Shown: positions 57,919-64,000 of the stretch, in pieces
How the letters are laid out: the number at the start of each line of letters is the position of its first letter
How positions within the stretch are numbered: position 1 is the stretch's first letter
Sequence record: NC_048747.1
Length of the DNA: 64,000 bases
Strand: one strand, 5' to 3'
The notes under the pieces: model-generated
The model's database searches: none
What the model saw: the letters and a program-made list of their open reading frames with translations, nothing else
What the model was told of the DNA's origin: nothing
Translations under genes and position numbers: made by a program

Positions 57919-59985
57919 TTACGCGTAAGTAATGCCTGAGCTGTTACCTACAATGCCGCCGCTGTTAGTCATGTACGCACCAGAAGCACCAGCTGCTGCT
58001 TGTACAGCGAACTCAACTGATGGAGCGTAGATAGCAACGTTAGAAGCAAACGTACCCATAGTACCAGATGCATTAAGGTTACCAAGTTTATCCATACATT
58101 GACCTAGGAATACTGCAAACTCTGGAGACACGTAGTGACGACGTGAGGTACCAGTGATGTTTACATCATCGTTGATTAGTGTAGGAAGCATGGTAGTCAT
58201 GCGGTAGCGACGCACAGCTTCTGGTGTTTGGCCACCGTCACCGTATACCGCTTGTAGGTACTGAACCATTGGAGTAGTGTCAGTTGGACATAGACGGCTT
58301 AGGAACATCTCGTCTACTTCTTGTAGAGAGTGTAGATGGCCGTTGTGTTTGAATGTACCAACTGGGCTGATGATTGCAGATGGACATAGAACTTGTTTCT
58401 CTAGAGTCCAACCTTTACCAGATTGCTTGTTCTCTGCAATGCGACGAGACGCTTCACCGCCAGTGATCGCATCGATCATCTTAACGATAACCAGTTTGTT
58501 TTCAGTAGCAGCTTCGCTGTTACCGCTTAGGTTTAGTAGGAAGTTGTGTAGTGCAGCTTCGTTACCAAATTCTACTAAGTCGATAGCGTACGATGCACGC
58601 TCAGCGATGTTACGACGAATCCAAGAAGAAGTGAAGTCCATGTCTTTTAGACGAGCTTCTGTAATCTTCAGTTTTTCGTCACGCTTAGGTAGAGCACCTG
58701 CAACCATGTCGTCAATACGACGTTCGATGTCAGCTAGGTTACCACGAGCACCAATCTTAGCCATACGTAGAGGCTCAGTGAATAGGTGGTTGTGGTTCAC
58801 TGTCATGTTAGCGTATAGCGCCATCAACCAAGATGCGATACCAGAGTTGTTACCCATTTGTGCTTGAGCACGAGAAGTTTCCATCACTACAACCGCTTGC
58901 AGTGGGTGGTAACCGTGTGGGTACGCGTCGTTGGAGTTCATCATTGGGTTGAACAATGGTTGTACTTGACGGTTTTGTAGTTGCGCAGTGTAAACCGCAA
59001 AAGGAACACCAACTAGTAGAACGTTAGAGTAAGCATTCACGATACCGCGAGCTGCATCTGCGTTGTACTGTTGACCTTCTTTTGGTGCAGTTTGTAGCTG
59101 AACCAACATGTTCGCACCAGATGGTACGCCGTCGATAGTGATAGGAGCACCAGACTGAGTTTTGATAGACTCGATACGAGCAGTCGCACACTTAGTCGGA
59201 CCGTACGCGTTTTTATCGATTTGACCTTTGTTGTCGATGAACGGAGTTTTCAGTTCCGTACCAGTCTTAACCATAGTCTTAGCTAGAGTAGTCTTCATAC
59301 CACGTTCCCACTCTTCTAGGATAACGTTAGATAGAAGGTCTGCCATACCGATCTCTTTGTTTTCAGGAGTTTGGTAAGACTCTAGGTCGATAACGCGAGA
59401 CGTGATTAGTTGCACGTCGTTTACACCGTCGTTAGCGTAACGAAGTTTCATTGATTCGATGATGTTACGAACCACTTCTTTACTCATGTAACGGTTTGGT
59501 GCTTGTTTGATTTGCACTTTGCTAGGTACGTTTTGACCCATAGTGCCGTTAGTGTGAATCTCTTCCAGCTGGATAGCGATTTCACGGTTAGAGAACAACA
59601 CTGGTGCAATGATCAGCGTGTTACCCACACGACGTGCAAGAATGATACCCGGCAATACTGGAGACAGGTTAGTGTCCATTGAGATGATTTCTTGCGGGAT
59701 GATTTGCTGTAGTGCAGGGTTGATAGATGACTTATCTTTCTCTTCACGGAAGTCATTCAACTTCTTAACGATATCGTTCACAACAGGAACGCTACGACCA
59801 CCGGCCATCATTGAGTTCATACCAAGAACGTTAGCGAAGTCTAGTAGAGATTGGTTTTTGTTTGATGACATTTTTTCTGCTCCTTGTTGTGCAGCTTTGT
59901 GATTGGTTGGATTTTGCGATTGTGGGTTTGCAGGTGATTGATCATTGTCACCTACGTTGTCCCAGTCATTTTTACCAGAGATCAT
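57919..59985 (-). CDS. chmA: Chimallin, major phage nuclear shell protein (ChmA/PhuN; phiKZ gp54-like)
   Basis: 688 aa directly upstream of nvRNAP beta'; disordered Q/N-rich N-terminus; segments (LPGIILARR, YAIDLVEFG, TGTSRRHYVSPEF) parallel the 201phi2-1 gp105 sequence as I recall it; strongly biased codons; own promoter and terminator. Confidence 0.85.
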   Translation of the reverse strand: MISGKNDWDNVGDNDQSPANPQSQNPTNHKAAQQGAEKMSSNKNQSLLDFANVLGMNSMMAGGRSVPVVNDIVKKLNDFREEKDKSSINPALQQIIPQEIISMDTNLSPVLPGIILARRVGNTLIIAPVLFSNREIAIQLEEIHTNGTMGQNVPSKVQIKQAPNRYMSKEVVRNIIESMKLRYANDGVNDVQLITSRVIDLESYQTPENKEIGMADLLSNVILEEWERGMKTTLAKTMVKTGTELKTPFIDNKGQIDKNAYGPTKCATARIESIKTQSGAPITIDGVPSGANMLVQLQTAPKEGQQYNADAARGIVNAYSNVLLVGVPFAVYTAQLQNRQVQPLFNPMMNSNDAYPHGYHPLQAVVVMETSRAQAQMGNNSGIASWLMALYANMTVNHNHLFTEPLRMAKIGARGNLADIERRIDDMVAGALPKRDEKLKITEARLKDMDFTSSWIRRNIAERASYAIDLVEFGNEAALHNFLLNLSGNSEAATENKLVIVKMIDAITGGEASRRIAENKQSGKGWTLEKQVLCPSAIISPVGTFKHNGHLHSLQEVDEMFLSRLCPTDTTPMVQYLQAVYGDGGQTPEAVRRYRMTTMLPTLINDDVNITGTSRRHYVSPEFAVFLGQCMDKLGNLNASGTMGTFASNVAIYAPSVEFAVQAAAGASGAYMTNSGGIVGNSSGITYA

Positions 59986-60068
59986 ATTCGATCCTTTATT
60001 ACGGGTTTCAATATTTAATAACGTTATTAAACATCTAGGTATTTAGTTAATACCACTTGCTTAACACC

Positions 60069-60088
60069 TAGGTTATATAGGACTGAAA
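60069..60088 (-). promoter_or_regulatory. Putative early promoter for chmA
   Basis: TTTCAGTCCTATATAACCTA. Confidence 0.7.
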
Positions 60089-60207
60089 ATATTTAGGAAT
60101 GCAGAAAACCTCTCGATTTTATGTCTTAAATATTTCAATACCGGTCCCATCCACTCCAACCGCAAGGTCGGAGAAAGTTTTATTTACATATAATAGGTAT
60201 TCAGTTT

Positions 60208-61311
60208 ATGCAAACATTATTCACGGGATTGAGTTCGATGAGTAATGCGTCTTATAGTTACACTAATATAAGTAACTTAATTCGCATGTGTCGATTCAAC
60301 CAAGAACAATTTAAGGAACGGGTGCTAGATACCAGTTACCGTTTATCAAATGAACATCCATTAGTTCAACTCGTTGAGTTTATGCAAATAGACCCGTCTT
60401 GGACGTCTGAAGAATTAGAGCAAGTTATTAGTCTTAAAAAGGAACGCTGGGCTAGTTCAGTAAAAGCAGTTGGTGTTTACGGCTCAGGGCGACTTCACCA
60501 AAATGCACTATATATGCAAGGCTTTCGTGAGCTACTAATATCTTTGCCACCGCAGTTTCCTTTTACAGATTATCTCGCCACTAATACTGAAGACTTGTGT
60601 CCCTTTATTCCAGTGTACAGTGATTCAACAGATTTAGACTTCCGTCCGGTCAAAGATAAACCTTCCAATGACCCTGACGGTAAATTTGCGATCATCGGGA
60701 TAGATTTCAGTGCCTTAGCTGTGGCTTACTGGCGTTACCTCAAAGATGCGAACACCTACGGGTTTGACCCTAAACCTCATCTATGGTTACCTAAGTTTCC
60801 GTTAATGAATGCCCAGTTACTCGGTAATCGATTGGTGGTACTCAACACACTCTACGAACACATAGTGACCGGGAAAGAGTTCAAAGACTTAGTAAGCGTA
60901 CCGCGCACCACTTACGCCATTAACTCTGTTGAGCGTTTGTTAGAGCGCACCATAGAGAAATACGATGAACTCTTAAACCGTAAACCTATGCGCAACTTGG
61001 ATGCTTTAGTCTATGACTTGGAAGTGTACGATACATTACCTACCCCGTTGGATAATCCAGTGGTATGGAAGAACCCAGAACAATACGAACTTTATCTGAA
61101 GTCTCGTTGGGTTTGGAATTTCTCGTATATGAAAGTCCTTACGGTTTTATTTCATTACAACCGAGTCACTAATACCAAGAACGGGTATTTGCAGAGCCAC
61201 GTTAAACGTTGGTTGCAACAAGACACACGTTTGTCCACTCAACAGATAAAGAATCCATTATTGGAAAAACGTTTCTTAGCGATGAGAACCGAACTTGAAA
61301 AACGAGTATAA
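60208..61311 (+). CDS. Conserved core protein between DNA polymerase and chimallin (phiKZ gp52 position)
   Basis: 367 aa, opposite strand; synteny. Confidence 0.6.
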   Translation: MQTLFTGLSSMSNASYSYTNISNLIRMCRFNQEQFKERVLDTSYRLSNEHPLVQLVEFMQIDPSWTSEELEQVISLKKERWASSVKAVGVYGSGRLHQNALYMQGFRELLISLPPQFPFTDYLATNTEDLCPFIPVYSDSTDLDFRPVKDKPSNDPDGKFAIIGIDFSALAVAYWRYLKDANTYGFDPKPHLWLPKFPLMNAQLLGNRLVVLNTLYEHIVTGKEFKDLVSVPRTTYAINSVERLLERTIEKYDELLNRKPMRNLDALVYDLEVYDTLPTPLDNPVVWKNPEQYELYLKSRWVWNFSYMKVLTVLFHYNRVTNTKNGYLQSHVKRWLQQDTRLSTQQIKNPLLEKRFLAMRTELEKRV

Positions 61312-61318
61312 AGAAAAG

Positions 61319-61350
61319 TAGCTCCGTACGGGATTACCCGTACGGAGTTA
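61319..61350. terminator. Bidirectional terminator
   Basis: tagctccgtacggg-atta-cccgtacggagtta between convergent stops. Confidence 0.85.
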
Positions 61351-63423
61351 TTAGTGTTCATCACTGATTAGTCGAGTGATCTTTTCGTTCACAATAAAGA
61401 GACCTAAAGACTCAAGTACTGCATAAACACACTTCAAGTTTTGTTTGATGATGGAACGAATATCTGCTGCTTGGATGATTTCCTTAGGGATACCTTGCGC
61501 ACCCAGACATTCTTCTGGAACGTAAATGGTGGTTAGTTTCGTAGTATCTTTAAGGTGGTCTTCTGCTGCCGACTTCATTTCTGGCTCAAGAGTTTCTATC
61601 CATTCCGTAATACCTGCTTTGTTCAACGTCTTAGCATTTACTTTGATTGCAGTGTACGGTAGTTCAGGAGCGCGACCATATTTCTTAGAGAACAGTTTCT
61701 CCCAAAGCACGTGATACTGGTAAACAGACGATTCGGGCTTAGAGTAGATTTCCGCATCTTTAATGGTAGATTTGGTCAACCAAGTCCAATCACCGTCTTC
61801 AATATCCTTGATGATTTCTCGTTCTAGCTCGGCGGCACGGTAAAGAACATCTGCGGCATCGAGTTGTCGGTGTTCGTGAATTGCGTCTAACACTTCCCGC
61901 ATTAACTTGTGCGCAAAGGACTTAATGTTAGCCGCTATCTTAGCGGAACGTAAGTGCACCCCTTTGATTTCCATTTCAACTTCTTTGTTCATCACACCCT
62001 CTACCATCAACTGAGTGGCGTAGTAGTGTTTTGACATCGTCGTTGTTACGTAAGCCCCGAACAAATACTCATTCTTCATGTTCAAGCGATACAAGAAACG
62101 TTTCGCTACGTTCATGTTTTCTGAGAACTGCGCGTGTTGGTGTACCGCAATCATACGGATGAAGTAAGTAAGTACACCGTTGGTTCTTAGCGATGTAGCT
62201 CGGTCTTTGGTGTATTGGTCTACAACAGTATCTACGGTGTAGATAGACGAGTCCGTGTCGGAAGTCAATACTACTTCACGAATCATGTCTTTGATGTTGT
62301 AAACACCAGATGGTGGGATTTCTTGCTTAAGGAAAATCTCGATGAAATCAAACCACTTTTGTTCACACTCTAAATGCCAAGCGTTAAGGTGGTTGATTTG
62401 TAACTTACTGGCTTTACCAACGATCTTTGAAACACAAAGGATGTATCGGTCACCAGTGTCCGGTTTAGGATAATCCTCAGCTTTAGCACCTTCCGGTATT
62501 TCCGGTACTTTAGAGAAGTCGTCGAGTAATTCGTATAACGTTTTCTGGTTCGTTACACGGAGACCTTCCAAGTCCAACACACAAAGTACAGCGGTTAGTT
62601 CCACGGGACGGAATGTGTTGATCAGTTCTTCGATAGTCTGCATACGAACCGCGTTACGCCAGTATCGACCTGTAGAGTGACGAATCATGTTCATGACTTC
62701 ATCTACAGTAGCGTGTCGCATACCTAGTTTATCCATCACCTCCTGCATACGTTTTAAGTCAGTATACTGGACGGTAGCGATGATGTTTTGCAGGGTATTT
62801 TCAAAGGTGTTGTAAAGTCGATTACCTGCTAGGAATTTCTCGTTACAGATGTTAGCAGTAGACGTAAGACCACGACACGTTGAGGTCATGGAAGTGTGTC
62901 CCGACTTATTAACTAGCGGCGTACCATTAGACGACATAGCACCAGACTGAGCGTTGTTAAAGATCTTCAGTGCGTTCTGGATAACGTCGTAAGTTTTCTC
63001 CGCCCATTTATCTCCACTGTCTTTAGCGTCCTGTCGTTTGTTTTTGTAAAGTTTACGAAGTTTAAGGAATCGCTCAGTACCGATGGAGTTAACGGATTGT
63101 TCTTCTTCTGAGTTCTTATAACCAACTAGTGATGGACTTAGGTGGTAGTTATTACTGTGTACGTTTTTAAAGAACTCGCTGGCGGACATGACTTTGAGTT
63201 CACGGTCGCCGAATTTGTTTTTCTCTAAGACCTTGAACTTACGGTCTTGGTATTCGCCTTTGTTAGGACGAAAGTGTTTCTTTATAATTTTTTCTGCTTG
63301 CTCAACGGTCACCTTGAAACGTTTCTGTACGTAGGTGATCATCTGATCGTGATAGTGCTTCACGATGTTTCTATCAGAATGATAATCCGGATCCACAAAA
63401 GGAGACAACATCGGTTGTATCAT
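61351..63423 (-). CDS. Split B-family DNA polymerase, catalytic half (phiKZ gp50-like)
   Basis: Motif B-like ALKIFNNAQSG, motif C TSDTDSSIY, SKHYY; no exonuclease domain or motif A. Confidence 0.88.
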   Translation of the reverse strand: MIQPMLSPFVDPDYHSDRNIVKHYHDQMITYVQKRFKVTVEQAEKIIKKHFRPNKGEYQDRKFKVLEKNKFGDRELKVMSASEFFKNVHSNNYHLSPSLVGYKNSEEEQSVNSIGTERFLKLRKLYKNKRQDAKDSGDKWAEKTYDVIQNALKIFNNAQSGAMSSNGTPLVNKSGHTSMTSTCRGLTSTANICNEKFLAGNRLYNTFENTLQNIIATVQYTDLKRMQEVMDKLGMRHATVDEVMNMIRHSTGRYWRNAVRMQTIEELINTFRPVELTAVLCVLDLEGLRVTNQKTLYELLDDFSKVPEIPEGAKAEDYPKPDTGDRYILCVSKIVGKASKLQINHLNAWHLECEQKWFDFIEIFLKQEIPPSGVYNIKDMIREVVLTSDTDSSIYTVDTVVDQYTKDRATSLRTNGVLTYFIRMIAVHQHAQFSENMNVAKRFLYRLNMKNEYLFGAYVTTTMSKHYYATQLMVEGVMNKEVEMEIKGVHLRSAKIAANIKSFAHKLMREVLDAIHEHRQLDAADVLYRAAELEREIIKDIEDGDWTWLTKSTIKDAEIYSKPESSVYQYHVLWEKLFSKKYGRAPELPYTAIKVNAKTLNKAGITEWIETLEPEMKSAAEDHLKDTTKLTTIYVPEECLGAQGIPKEIIQAADIRSIIKQNLKCVYAVLESLGLFIVNEKITRLISDEH

Positions 63424-63483
63424 TGTATCACTCCAAAGTAAAATATTTTAATTGTGCTAAATCATTTACCTCGGAGTTGGGAC

Positions 63484-63921
63484 TTACACCAAGGTTTTAG
63501 TTAACTTTATAATATGGTTATGGATTTCTTCATTTCGGGTATCCAAGTCCTTTTGCTTTTGAATGTTGCCCTCTTTCTCTTTTTGGAGTTTATCGATGGT
63601 GAGCTGTGTTACATCGTTTAAACTCATTGGGAGGGAATAACCTTCCGATAGAAATGATTTTCGTTTCTTACGTTCTTCGAAATTACTGTAACTGTACTCA
63701 CACTTATAAGCGTTCGAGGGACAGAACAAAGTGAGTTTATTAGTGCTCAACACTAATGGTTTTGAGAGATCTCGACAACGTGGGCAAAACCAATCTTGGG
63801 TCAGGTCTAAGTGTTTAAATGGACCAGTGTAAGGTTTGAAACTTACCGTAGGATATAAAGCGTTCCAGACTTCACATTGTTCAATGTTGTATTGAAGTTC
63901 TTGTTCAGGATTAGCGTTCAT
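63484..63921 (-). CDS. C4 zinc-ribbon protein with coiled-coil C-terminus
   Basis: CPRC...LVLSTNKLTLFCPSNAYKCEY resembles topoisomerase-type Zn ribbons. Confidence 0.6.
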   Translation of the reverse strand: MNANPEQELQYNIEQCEVWNALYPTVSFKPYTGPFKHLDLTQDWFCPRCRDLSKPLVLSTNKLTLFCPSNAYKCEYSYSNFEERKKRKSFLSEGYSLPMSLNDVTQLTIDKLQKEKEGNIQKQKDLDTRNEEIHNHIIKLTKTLV

Positions 63922-63952
63922 AAATCACCAAAAAAAAATAAGATTGTAGAAA

Positions 63953-63979
63953 CTACCCTACCCATGACGGGTAGGGTAG
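63953..63979 (-). terminator. Terminator hairpin of an upstream gene outside the window
   Basis: ctaccctaccc/gggtagggtag, followed by TTTC and a long U-run on the minus strand. Confidence 0.7.
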
Positions 63980-64000
63980 GAAGTTTACTCTTTATCACTG

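Noticed and set aside
39107-63441. Short antisense or alternate-frame ORFs over helicase, RNAP, chimallin and polymerase genes
   Set aside because: Nested in conserved enzyme genes with no independent expression signals
1-64000. Stop-codon reassignment as seen in some large phages
   Set aside because: Standard-code ORFs are long and tile the window; the only broken conserved genes are explained by the intron and the frameshift
1-64000. CRISPR array, tRNA, rRNA, transposase or integrase
   Set aside because: No regularly spaced repeats, cloverleaf or recognisable motifs seen by eye; hairpins sit at gene ends as terminators. A tRNAscan run would be needed to exclude tRNAs formally
1-64000. Host assignment (a Vibrionaceae host crossed my mind from composition and codon style)
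   Set aside because: No host-diagnostic gene is in the window; this needs whole-genome comparison

Overview
64 kb of a phiKZ-like, nucleus-forming jumbo phage (Chimalliviridae), densely coded in the standard genetic code and mostly on the minus strand. From right to left it follows the conserved phiKZ core order: B-family DNA polymerase catalytic half, a gp52-position gene, chimallin (nuclear shell), non-virion RNAP beta' N-terminal gene, SbcD nuclease, ChmC, gp68 sigma-like subunit, PicA/Imp1, Nlp, non-virion RNAP beta and beta' C-terminal subunits, SF2 helicase, four small acidic genes, virion RNAP beta' C-terminal subunit, a putative tail-chaperone pair, DNA polymerase exonuclease half, baseplate and head genes, an eight-gene array of internal head proteins with G-x-E maturation motifs, neck/baseplate genes and a small accessory region. 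Two features are missed by the ORF track. (1) A 392-nt ORF-less group I intron (56019-56410) splits the RNAP catalytic motif NAD|FDGD. (2) A U_UUU_UUC slippery site (32426-32432) would fuse the 541-aa and 146-aa ORFs by -1 frameshifting, as in tail-chaperone G/GT pairs. A recurring early-promoter-like motif (seven copies) and many intrinsic terminators are visible. I saw no tRNA, rRNA, CRISPR array or transposase. phiKZ orthology labels rest on recalled motifs, size and synteny, not on database searches. The host cannot be determined from this window.
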